Source of the DNA: a virus
Lineage: Duplodnaviria > Caudoviricetes
Direction: 5' to 3' (one strand)
DNA: 57,445 bases
IMG/VR virus record: IMGVR_UViG_3300033182_001174
Coordinates: 1-57,445 of that record
Of the stretch, positions 1-7,792 are shown piece by piece. A program made the position numbers and the translations under genes. The stretch's first letter is position 1. Each line of letters begins with the position of its first letter. The notes under the pieces were generated by a model. That model worked only from the letters and a program-made list of their open reading frames with translations. It had not been told where the DNA came from and did not search any database.

Positions 1-320
1 AATTTATCTTCGCGTTCTAAGCTACACTTTTTTTTGTTTTTTTAGCATGGGCAGTGGATGTTCAAATGTGATCAGGTGGAAACTTGATTTTTGACCCAGC
101 AGAGGTTACAATATCCGCAGGAGAATCAGTTCACTTTGTGAACAACATGCTACCTCCACATAACGTGATCGTTGAAGATCATCCAGAACTCGGTCATGAG
201 GCACTCGCACTGCTTCCTGGTGAAGAGTTTGATGTAGAATTCCCTGAAGCAGGAGATTTCATCTATTGGTGTGGTCCTCATAAGGGTGCTGGAATGATCG
301 GGACGGTACACGTTGAATGA
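1..320 (+). CDS. petE: Plastocyanin (5' end truncated/degraded; in-frame TGA at 69-71)
   Basis: PPHNV...YWCGPHKGAGM type-1 copper ligands; upstream AWA-VDVQM signal/mature junction; GGA expected at 69-71 reads TGA. Confidence 0.9.
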
Positions 321-337
321 AGTACACGCACAATTAC

Positions 338-982
338 ATGAAAATTTTTCTTGATACTGCTGACACAGAAATTATTAATGAATATTTTAAAACGGGACTG
401 GTAGATGGTGTCACTACCAATCCCACTTTGATTATGAAGAGTGGTAGAAATCCTGAGGATGTCTATCAAGAGATTAAGGACATTGGTGTCCGTGACATCA
501 GCATGGAAGTTGTTGGTGACGAGGGTGAGATGTATCGTGAAGGCAAACGTCTTTACGAAAAGTTTGGTGATGTTTGTACTGTGAAGGTTCCTTGCACACG
601 GGAGGGTCTTGCTGTCTGTAAGTCCCTCTCTGATCAGAACATCAAGGTCAACGTCACATTGATTTTCTGTGCTGCTCAGGCAGTTCTTGCAGCAAAGGCA
701 GGGGCAGAGTATGTCTCACCCTTTGTAGGACGGTTAGACGACCAGTCAGTGGCAGGTCTGGAGGTTGTACGATCTATCTCTGAACTGTATCGTATTCATG
801 GAGTCAGGACTCAGGTTCTGTCTGCATCTATTCGTAGTGTTCAACGTGCTATTAGGTCATGGTATAATGGTGCTCAGATCTGCACGATGCCACCCAAGGT
901 GTTTGATCAGATGTATGATCACATTCTTACAGATAAAGGTCTGGAAATTTTTGACAATGATTGGAAGGAGGTACAAAAGTGA
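338..982 (+). CDS. talC: Transaldolase (TalC/Fsa family)
   Basis: MKIFLDTAD, GVTTNPTL, VKVP, NVTLIF, YVSPFVGRLDD motifs; start taken at ATG 338. Confidence 0.96.
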   Translation: MKIFLDTADTEIINEYFKTGLVDGVTTNPTLIMKSGRNPEDVYQEIKDIGVRDISMEVVGDEGEMYREGKRLYEKFGDVCTVKVPCTREGLAVCKSLSDQNIKVNVTLIFCAAQAVLAAKAGAEYVSPFVGRLDDQSVAGLEVVRSISELYRIHGVRTQVLSASIRSVQRAIRSWYNGAQICTMPPKVFDQMYDHILTDKGLEIFDNDWKEVQK

Positions 983-1215
983 CATTCACAGTATATTCAA
1001 GAGATGGTTGCCCCTATTGCACTAAAGTAATTCAGGTGTTACAGTTGGCAGAGTTACGGTTTGTGGAGTATAAACTCGGTAGAGATTTTGAACGCAAAGA
1101 GTTCTATAAACTGTTTGGGCAGAGTGCAACTTTCCCAAGAGTTAAATATGGAGAGGAGCTCCTTGGTGGATGCACCGAAACCGTAAAGTATCTAAGGGAA
1201 CAAAAACTGGTCTAA
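979..1215 (+). CDS. Glutaredoxin
   Basis: CPYC active site, TFP and LGG motifs; GTG start overlaps the talC stop. Confidence 0.9.
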   Translation: MTFTVYSRDGCPYCTKVIQVLQLAELRFVEYKLGRDFERKEFYKLFGQSATFPRVKYGEELLGGCTETVKYLREQKLV

Positions 1216-1574
1216 TGGAACAAAACCTCATCGACATCTACGATCTTATTGAACACGCAATTGATAATGCCTTTGAGGGAAAAATGAATTTAAAGTTTTA
1301 TGATTATCTCAAAGAGTGTAAAATCAAAAAGCATGAAATAGATTCATTTATTTCAAGCACCACCATAAATGAAATCAATAATCTCATTGTAGATCTTGAT
1401 GAATATATCAAAGGTGGTTCTGATGATATACATAAGCAACTGCGTGAGGGGTATGGACACATACCAAAACCACAGGCAAGAAAGATTAGAAACTACTTAG
1501 AAAGTTTCATAGATGATGCAGAGAGGTATAGTTATGACCGAAGACCAGGAAGACGCAAAAAATCTTCTAAATAA
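1215..1574 (+). CDS. Conserved cyanophage hypothetical protein
   Basis: ATG overlaps upstream stop; QLREGYGHIPKPQARKI motif familiar from cyanomyovirus core genes. Confidence 0.75.
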   Translation: MEQNLIDIYDLIEHAIDNAFEGKMNLKFYDYLKECKIKKHEIDSFISSTTINEINNLIVDLDEYIKGGSDDIHKQLREGYGHIPKPQARKIRNYLESFIDDAERYSYDRRPGRRKKSSK

Positions 1575-1740
1575 TGAGGATACCCACATAAATCGTGGGT
1601 TTGAGTTACTACTACGTAATAGGAGGAGGAAACCAGATCCACCCAAAACTTTTCAGGTAAAGTTTGGTAAGATGGTCTCTCTCTTCCGAAGAGAGATTAT
1701 CTTTCATCTAAATTTCTACCTAGACATTAGAAAGAAATAG
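1513..1740 (+). CDS. Hypothetical basic protein (start uncertain)
   Basis: ORF fills the gap in a gene-dense operon. Confidence 0.55.
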   Translation: MMQRGIVMTEDQEDAKNLLNNEDTHINRGFELLLRNRRRKPDPPKTFQVKFGKMVSLFRREIIFHLNFYLDIRKK

Positions 1741-1758
1741 TCTCTGGAGGACAGAAAG

Positions 1759-1980
1759 ATGTTAGCAGTAACACTCACCATAGGAACTTTAGTTTCTCTT
1801 ATGATGTTTTTTGTGGGAGGTGTGGTAGGATGGTTGGCAAAGGACCATGTATATCAAACCCAACCCGTTTACACACATCCAGAGATGTTTGATGAAAACG
1901 GCAATGTATTACCAGACGAAATTTTAGCAGTACGATTTGAAAACAGTTATGACGAGTTCGACGAAGAAGACAACGAATAA
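1759..1980 (+). CDS. Hypothetical membrane protein
   Basis: GGAGG RBS, N-terminal TM helix, HPEMFDENG motif. Confidence 0.8.
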   Translation: MLAVTLTIGTLVSLMMFFVGGVVGWLAKDHVYQTQPVYTHPEMFDENGNVLPDEILAVRFENSYDEFDEEDNE

Positions 1981-2452
1981 AAAAAGTTTTACGGTGAAGA
2001 CATCTCCTAAACTTCCTCCTAATCCTTTTGCTCATGAAGTTCTTGAACTTGCTAGTAAGCAAAGATCTAAAGCAAAGAAGGTTGAAATTCTACAAGAGTA
2101 TGCTGATCCCTCTTTGAAGTCCCTCTTTATTTGGAACTTCGATGATACCGTAATCTCTGTAGTTCCATCTGGAGATGTTCCTTATAAAGAGAATGATGTT
2201 CCTGTAGGAACTGATCATACATCTCTTCGTAAGGAGTATAAGCATCTGTACAACTTTGTAAAGGGTGGTAATGATAGTCTCTCTAGTCTTCGTAGAGAGA
2301 CCATGTTTATTCAAATGCTTGAAGGACTTCATCCAGAAGAAGCAAAGATTCTTTGTTTGGTGAAAGATAAACAATTGCAAACTAAATATAAGATATCTTA
2401 CGAAGTTGTTAAAGACGCATACCCTGATATCCAATGGGGAGGTCGTTCATGA
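1949..2452 (+). CDS. Conserved T4-like phage hypothetical protein
   Basis: RRETMFIQMLEGLHPEEA motif typical of marine T4-like core gene. Confidence 0.8.
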   Translation: MTSSTKKTTNKKSFTVKTSPKLPPNPFAHEVLELASKQRSKAKKVEILQEYADPSLKSLFIWNFDDTVISVVPSGDVPYKENDVPVGTDHTSLRKEYKHLYNFVKGGNDSLSSLRRETMFIQMLEGLHPEEAKILCLVKDKQLQTKYKISYEVVKDAYPDIQWGGRS

Positions 2453-2787
2453 CAGTTGCTGTAGACCAAGAGAAAGAAATGGCAGAGTTCGGATCAGAGA
2501 TTAATAATGTAAATCCCTCTGATTATAGTTGCCAAATTTTACTAGAGAAAACAACTCTTGATGCAGCAGATGACAAATCTTTTCCAAATGATGCCAGACT
2601 TATTTGGTATGTTGTTGATGGAGTAGAGTACATTGATTTGACAAGATGCACTAAGACATCTAAATTATTTGACATGTACTATGACAAGTATGGTAAAGGT
2701 GCTGTCCAAAAAATTGATTTTGGATTTGGTACAGTGAATCCAAAACTCTGGGGTCAAAAACCAAAGAAAGATAAGAAGAGAAAATGA
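2449..2787 (+). CDS. Hypothetical protein
   Basis: ATGA overlap, GGAGG RBS. Confidence 0.75.
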   Translation: MTVAVDQEKEMAEFGSEINNVNPSDYSCQILLEKTTLDAADDKSFPNDARLIWYVVDGVEYIDLTRCTKTSKLFDMYYDKYGKGAVQKIDFGFGTVNPKLWGQKPKKDKKRK

Positions 2788-3056
2788 ATGACGAGGATCT
2801 CAAGGAACAAATTAACTCTCTGATCCGCGATGAAATCCAAGAGGTCATCAATGACTATGTTGATGACCAAGAACACACTCAGAAAAGTGGACTTGGATTT
2901 GTGGAGAATGAGGATGAATTAAAAGTCAGTGTCTCTCAGAAAGAGATTGATAAAATCATAAAAGAATACAAACGCATCAAGAAGAGTGAAAAATCAAACT
3001 TGTCTCATATTAAAAAGTTAGGACTGGTTGACAAACACGGAAGACCTTTAAAATAA
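2784..3056 (+). CDS. Hypothetical protein
   Basis: ATGA-coupled ORF. Confidence 0.7.
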   Translation: MNDEDLKEQINSLIRDEIQEVINDYVDDQEHTQKSGLGFVENEDELKVSVSQKEIDKIIKEYKRIKKSEKSNLSHIKKLGLVDKHGRPLK

Positions 3057-3078
3057 ATAAACTAGCAGGACAGACTTT

Positions 3079-3396
3079 ATGCTCTCTACTCAATATCGAT
3101 TGCGTTTGGAAGCAATCTGTAACAAGATTGTTTTAGGTGAAGAGGTTAGTTTAGATGACATGATATGGGCAAATAAACTAGCAAAATCAAATCAAAGTGC
3201 AGCATCAATTTTAAGAAAAGCACGTAGAAAAGCAAGTAATCCTGACATGCAAGAGGGTGGTCTTGATGATTTTATGAATCAGATGGACCTCGGGGATCCT
3301 GATCCATCTAATCACAGAACAGGATTCCAAAGTGCAGATGAAATCGTAGATTGGTTTAGTAGAGAAAAAACTGATGACTGGAGGCAAAGAGATTGA
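3079..3396 (+). CDS. Conserved cyanophage hypothetical protein
   Basis: Follows late promoter TAAATA (3054-3059); MLSTQYRLRLE...DDWRQRD. Confidence 0.75.
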   Translation: MLSTQYRLRLEAICNKIVLGEEVSLDDMIWANKLAKSNQSAASILRKARRKASNPDMQEGGLDDFMNQMDLGDPDPSNHRTGFQSADEIVDWFSREKTDDWRQRD

Positions 3397-3632
3397 AACA
3401 AGCACTAGTTTACGGCAATGGTGGACAAGAATCTGAACGAGCAGTCATGGTTCTTGAAGCATGTGGTCAAGATGTAAGACAATTCTTATTGGGTATTGAT
3501 TTCACCCATAAACAATTCAAAGCAGAATTTGGAGAAGAAGCAGAGTATCCACAAGTTGCTATTGGATTAGATCATCGTGGAACATTAAAAGAAACACTCA
3601 AGTACATGAGTGATAAAGGTATGTTTTTGTAA
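3393..3632 (+). CDS. Glutaredoxin-like protein lacking CxxC
   Basis: FKAEFG..AEYPQV resembles the thioredoxin-fold TFPQV region; active-site cysteines absent. Confidence 0.6.
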   Translation: MKQALVYGNGGQESERAVMVLEACGQDVRQFLLGIDFTHKQFKAEFGEEAEYPQVAIGLDHRGTLKETLKYMSDKGMFL

Positions 3633-3634
3633 AC

Positions 3635-3650
3635 TGTAACACAAGTTACA
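3635..3650. promoter_or_regulatory. NtcA-binding site
   Basis: TGTAACACAAGTTACA matches TGTA-N8-TACA, the cyanobacterial NtcA consensus. Confidence 0.8.
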
Positions 3651-3657
3651 AAAAAAC

Positions 3658-3686
3658 TTGACTATATAGTTCAACGGGTTTATAAT
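3658..3686 (+). promoter_or_regulatory. Sigma70-type promoter
   Basis: TTGACT-17 bp-TATAAT. Confidence 0.9.
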
Positions 3687-3705
3687 ACCCATACGTTCAT
3701 CCAAC

Positions 3706-3903
3706 ATGTTAACACTACTGTTGGCACTGACCTTAGCCCATCACGATCCGTCACCTTACGGGTGGCATATGTCTTGTGAAAGGTTCCTACAAAGAAAAAT
3801 TGAGATTCAGTTAGATGCAAACTTGGACTTTAGGTCTAAGGGAAATCTGATACTTTATCTCAAATCTAAAGTAGACGGTAAGTGTGAATCTGTGTTAACA
3901 TAG
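3706..3903 (+). CDS. Small protein with signal-peptide-like N-terminus, embedded in aptamer 1
   Basis: 65-aa ORF, MLTLLLALTLA N-terminus, Cys24 and Cys60. Confidence 0.65.
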   Translation: MLTLLLALTLAHHDPSPYGWHMSCERFLQRKIEIQLDANLDFRSKGNLILYLKSKVDGKCESVLT

Positions 3904-3938
3904 GACGCAAGTAAGTCGCGGAACGGAGCGTTCATCCC

Positions 3939-4100
3939 ATGTTTGATTTATTACTCTACTCTTCTATGCACTGCACTGATGCTGTTGATCTTATCAACCG
4001 TATTGATGCAAATAAAAGTGTAGATGTAATCATCAGGACTGAGGTGATTGAGACCGTAAAGGAAGCAACACCTGAGTGCAACTGGGACGCAAACGACTGA
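3939..4100 (+). CDS. Small protein embedded in aptamer 2
   Basis: 53-aa ORF MFDLLLYSSMHCTDA...PECNWDAND (not in the ORF track); Cys12 and Cys47. Confidence 0.6.
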   Translation: MFDLLLYSSMHCTDAVDLINRIDANKSVDVIIRTEVIETVKEATPECNWDAND

Positions 4101-4174
4101 AGGAACGGGAAAAAACGGATCCTGCGAAAGCAGAGAAGGTTCAATTTTCACCCTAGTATTTCAGGAGTAAACCA

Positions 4175-4339
4175 ATGAACACCTTAACACTCATCAAGAA
4201 GCAAATCGACAAGGCAGCAGCACTGCACGACGCACAAATCCTCGTTACCAAGTATCGTGGAGTTGATTGTAAAGTGCATGAGGCACCTGAGGAAACTCAC
4301 GGCACCTTCTGCTATCGTGGTCGCACTTACACCAAGTGA
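4175..4339 (+). CDS. DUF4278-type (YRG-motif) downstream peptide
   Basis: 54 aa MNTLTLIKKQ...KYRGV...CYRGRTYTK; AGGAG RBS; twin YRG motifs. Confidence 0.85.
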   Translation: MNTLTLIKKQIDKAAALHDAQILVTKYRGVDCKVHEAPEETHGTFCYRGRTYTK

Positions 4340-4368
4340 TTGCAAAACCAATTGAATAGTGTTAGAAT
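4340..4368 (+). promoter_or_regulatory. Sigma70-type promoter overlapping terminator
   Basis: TTGCAA-17 bp-TAGAAT. Confidence 0.5.
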
Positions 4369-4392
4369 GGGAGGGTTACCTCCCATTTTTTT
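4366..4392 (+). terminator. Rho-independent terminator
   Basis: ATGGGAGG-GTTA-CCTCCCAT followed by a T-tract. Confidence 0.85.
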
Positions 4393-4641
4393 ATGGAAAG
4401 AGATAAACTTAAACTGATAGTAAGGAATCTAAAACTGTTGGTTGAAGCTCTTGAATCAGAAGTATATTCAGATCCTGGTGCTTACACTGACAAACGGGAG
4501 AACTTTGATGATCCCATCCCTTACCCTGTAGCAGATTACGACGAAGTATTTAATGACGATGATGACTATGACGATAGTGCGACTAATCGTATAAATAATT
4601 CATACAGATTAGTCAACGACGATGATGGAGATGGATTATAG
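4393..4641 (+). CDS. Conserved cyanophage hypothetical protein (acidic C-terminus)
   Basis: KLKLIVRNLKLLVEALESEVYSD motif. Confidence 0.75.
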   Translation: MERDKLKLIVRNLKLLVEALESEVYSDPGAYTDKRENFDDPIPYPVADYDEVFNDDDDYDDSATNRINNSYRLVNDDDGDGL

Positions 4642-5125
4642 GATACTTGATGAGTATCCTCAATATAAAATATATCCAGATGGAAAAGTTTATTCAATTA
4701 AACTTAAAAAATATATTAACGGGCATAAAAATAAAAGAGGATACTATGCTTTTACCTTGTATGATTTAAAAGGAAAAAGAAAGCATAAGGGACTACATCA
4801 ACTTCTTGCTATGGCATTTATTCCAAATCCAAAGGGATATGAAATAGTCAGGCATCTTGATGATGACAAAGATAATAATTCTTTGTCTAATCTAAAATGG
4901 GGAACAATAAAAGAAAATATTGAAGATGCCATTAGGAATAATGTTTTTAAAATGCCAGACAACTCCAGAAAGTGGTTGGTTAAATCTCCTAGTGGTGATA
5001 TAATAGAAGTTGAAAACCTTTCAAAATTTTGTTCTGAAAATAATCTATCAAAACAAAATTTACATAAAACATACAAGGGTAATAGAAATCATCATAAAGA
5101 TTATAAATTGTTGAAAATGTTATGA
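4622..5125 (+). mobile_element. Free-standing HNH homing endonuclease
   Basis: HQLLAMAFIPNP..VRHLDDDKDNNSLSNLKW HNH motif; AT-rich; sits immediately upstream of thyX. Confidence 0.88.
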
Positions 5126-5763
5126 GTCAAGAAGTTAAACTGATTAGTGTCACCCCAGATGCAGAGAAACACATGGCCTACTGTGCCCGTGTGAGCAACC
5201 CAGCAAACCAAGAGAATGAAAAGTTCTCTGGTCTGCTCAAGTATTGTGTGAAGCATCAGCACTGGAGTATCTTTGAGCAGGCATACATGACCCTGGAAAT
5301 CAATACTACCAGGGGGGTGGCAGCTCAAGTGCTGCGCCACCGTTCGTTCACATATCAAGAATTTTCACAACGGTATGCTGATTCTTCCTTACTCGCGGAG
5401 ACGATCCCTCTACCTGAACTACGCAGGCAAGACACCAAGAATCGTCAGAATTCTATTGATGATATTGACCCGTTTGTCCGTCAAGAGTTTCAGATCAAAA
5501 TGCAAAAACACTTTGAAGAGGGAATGAAACTCTACAAAGAGATGCTTGATGCATCGATTGCAAAGGAGTGTGCTCGCTTTGTGCTTCCACTCGCCACACC
5601 CACAAGAATCTACATGACCGGTTCAGTGCGCTCATGGATTCATTATATCGATTTGCGTTCTGCAAACGGTACACAGAAGGAGCACATGGACATTGCTTTG
5701 GGTGCTAAGAAGATTTTTGTTGAGCAGTTTCCTGCCGTTGCTGAAGCAATGGAATGGATTTAA
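5122..5763 (+). CDS. thyX: Flavin-dependent thymidylate synthase
   Basis: HWSIFEQ, RHRSFTYQEFSQRY ThyX motif, KECARFVLP. Confidence 0.96.
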   Translation: MSQEVKLISVTPDAEKHMAYCARVSNPANQENEKFSGLLKYCVKHQHWSIFEQAYMTLEINTTRGVAAQVLRHRSFTYQEFSQRYADSSLLAETIPLPELRRQDTKNRQNSIDDIDPFVRQEFQIKMQKHFEEGMKLYKEMLDASIAKECARFVLPLATPTRIYMTGSVRSWIHYIDLRSANGTQKEHMDIALGAKKIFVEQFPAVAEAMEWI

Positions 5764-5790
5764 TAAATATTAGAAAAGGATTGAACGTTT

Positions 5791-6042
5791 ATGCCAACGT
5801 ACCCCGTTATTAATAAGAAGACAAAAGAAACAAAAACTCTTAGCATGACCATGAAAGAGTATTGTGATTGGAAAGACGAAAACCCAGATTGGGATAAGGA
5901 CTGGTCACAAGGTTGTGCTGGAATCGGTAACGAGTTTAGATGGACAGGAGAAGCAAAATCTAGCGGTTGGAACGAAGTTCTGGACCGTGCATCCAAACAA
6001 CCGGGTGCTACGGTTCGTAAACACCGCGACTACTCCTTCTAA
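5791..6042 (+). CDS. Conserved T4-like hypothetical protein (FmdB-like N-terminus)
   Basis: MPTYPV start; conserved position upstream of phoH; TAAATA at 5764. Confidence 0.75.
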   Translation: MPTYPVINKKTKETKTLSMTMKEYCDWKDENPDWDKDWSQGCAGIGNEFRWTGEAKSSGWNEVLDRASKQPGATVRKHRDYSF

Positions 6043-6051
6043 ATTTTCCTT

Positions 6052-6807
6052 ATGCCAGCAAAAAGAAAGTCCCAGTCTCCTATTGTTCCATTTGGAATGA
6101 GCAACAAACACATGAAAAGAAAGAAACCAATCAATTCAGATTTAATGAAGACGATTGATCCTCTTACAGAGAATCAACAAGAACTCTTCCGTTGCTATAA
6201 GAATGATCAGAACATTGTTGCCTATGGTGCAGCAGGTACTGGTAAAACTTTTATCACTCTCTACAATGCCTTGAGAGATGTGATGGACATGAAGAGTCCC
6301 TATGATAAGATCTACATCGTCAGGTCTCTTGTAGCAACCAGAGAGATTGGATTCCTTCCTGGAGATCATGAGGACAAGTCCTCTCTTTACCAGATTCCTT
6401 ATAAGAATATGGTGAAGTTTATGTTTGAGATGCCCACCGATACAGATTTTGAAATGCTGTATGGTAATCTCAAAGCACAAGGAACTATTTCTTTTTGGTC
6501 TACATCTTTCATTCGTGGTACAACTCTTGACAATTGTATTATTATTGTTGATGAGTTTCAGAACTTGAACTTCCACGAACTTGATAGTATAATTACAAGG
6601 GTTGGAGAGAACTCTAAGATTATGTTCTGTGGTGATGCCACTCAATCTGATTTGGTAAAAACAAATGAGAAGAACGGTATCATTGATTTCATGCGTATTC
6701 TTAGAACAATGCCATCTGTCGATTGTATCGAATTTGGTGTAGATGATATTGTACGTTCTGGTCTCTGCAAAGAATATCTTGTTGCGAAAACGGAAATGAA
6801 TTTATGA
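6052..6807 (+). CDS. phoH: PhoH-family ATPase
   Basis: GAAGTGKT Walker A, REIGFLPG, RGTTL, DEFQN, GDATQSD. Confidence 0.96.
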   Translation: MPAKRKSQSPIVPFGMSNKHMKRKKPINSDLMKTIDPLTENQQELFRCYKNDQNIVAYGAAGTGKTFITLYNALRDVMDMKSPYDKIYIVRSLVATREIGFLPGDHEDKSSLYQIPYKNMVKFMFEMPTDTDFEMLYGNLKAQGTISFWSTSFIRGTTLDNCIIIVDEFQNLNFHELDSIITRVGENSKIMFCGDATQSDLVKTNEKNGIIDFMRILRTMPSVDCIEFGVDDIVRSGLCKEYLVAKTEMNL

Positions 6808-7487
6808 TTTTTGAGCATTGTAATTATCTCGGTGACCTTGAACTAAACAAGAAAGAAACAAACGGCATCCGTCTCTATAACCTTCCAAATGGAGATTGGG
6901 TGCCTTCTATTACGTCTGTAACTTCTTTTTATAACCGACAGATCTTTGCCGACTGGCGCAAACGAGTTGGTATTGAAGAAGCAAATCGTATCACCAAGAA
7001 AGCAACGTCCCGTGGTACAGATTTCCATGCGGCAACTGAACTCTATATGTTGAATAAAGACATAAACTGGGATGAGTTTAAACCTCTAACCAAGTTCATG
7101 TTTCATCATGCCAAACCATATTTGGATAAGATAAATAATGTACATGCTATAGAAAGAACTCTGTACTCAGAGTATCTTGGATTAGCAGGAAGAGTTGACT
7201 GCATTGCCGAGTACGAAGGAGAGTTGGCAGTCATTGACTTTAAAACATCTGAAAAGATTAAACCAGAAAAGTGGTTGGAGAACTATTTCGTTCAAGAAAT
7301 GTTCTATGCAACTGCTTATTATGAGTTGACAGGTATCCCAGTCAAAAAACTAATCACCATCATGGTTACTCCTGGTGGTGAGGTCAAGGTATTTGACAAA
7401 CGTAACAAAGGGGACTATATTAAATTATTAGTACGTTATATTAAAGAATTTGTATCTCACAATCTTAGGACAGAGAATGGAGAATGA
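6804..7487 (+). CDS. PD-(D/E)XK exonuclease (Cas4/RecB-like)
   Basis: PSITSV, RGTDFH, AGRVDCI, IDFKTS, Q..FY motifs. Confidence 0.88.
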   Translation: MIFEHCNYLGDLELNKKETNGIRLYNLPNGDWVPSITSVTSFYNRQIFADWRKRVGIEEANRITKKATSRGTDFHAATELYMLNKDINWDEFKPLTKFMFHHAKPYLDKINNVHAIERTLYSEYLGLAGRVDCIAEYEGELAVIDFKTSEKIKPEKWLENYFVQEMFYATAYYELTGIPVKKLITIMVTPGGEVKVFDKRNKGDYIKLLVRYIKEFVSHNLRTENGE

Positions 7488-7734
7488 ACTAGAAAAAGTA
7501 TTAGAAAGTAAATTCTTTTGCCCTTCTCGATTTGCACAAGAGATTGAATCTCTTGTAATAGAAAACTCAGGCATGAGTTATATTGATGCTATTATATTTT
7601 TCTGCGAGAAAAATACTATAGATTTAGAGTCGGTTCCGAAGTTAATTTCTAAACCTCTTAAGGAAAAGATCAAGTATGAAGCAATGGAGTTGAACTTTTT
7701 AAAGAGAAGTTCCCGTGCCAAATTGCCCCTTTGA
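7477..7734 (+). CDS. gp33: Late-promoter transcription co-activator gp33
   Basis: YIDAI...LKEKIKYEAMELNFL; synteny exonuclease-33-59-32. Confidence 0.88.
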   Translation: MENELEKVLESKFFCPSRFAQEIESLVIENSGMSYIDAIIFFCEKNTIDLESVPKLISKPLKEKIKYEAMELNFLKRSSRAKLPL

Positions 7735-7792
7735 TTTCATTTAGGGTCGAAAAATTTTCCGGCAAAAATTTGACCATATTACTTTTTTCATG
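7735..7792 (+). repeat. Intergenic hairpin element, copy 1
   Basis: GGTCGAAAAATTTT-CCGGC-AAAAATTTGACC followed by TATTACTTTTTTCATG; similar to 32714-32770. Confidence 0.7.

Larger units (their letters stand above)
3694..4107 (+). ncRNA. Tandem, interlocked glutamine-II (Downstream-peptide) riboswitch aptamers with ORF-sized P2 loops
   Basis: Two CGTTCATCC...GGACGCA...GGAACG units (3694-3925, 3929-4107); AGTAAGTCG (3910-3918) complements CGACTGAA (4094-4101); DUF4278-type ORF downstream. Confidence 0.8.

Noticed and set aside
1-83. In-frame TGA and broken signal peptide in petE suggesting pseudogenisation or recoding
   Set aside because: Lies in the first 70 nt next to T homopolymers; TGA is a normal stop elsewhere in the window; most likely contig-end error
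3951-4151. Two minus-strand ORFs over the riboswitch
   Set aside because: Promoter, aptamer motifs, RBS and terminator all support the plus strand
6804-7487. Cas4-like nuclease suggesting a CRISPR system
   Set aside because: No repeat-spacer array or other cas genes; it is a core T4-like gene between phoH and gp33
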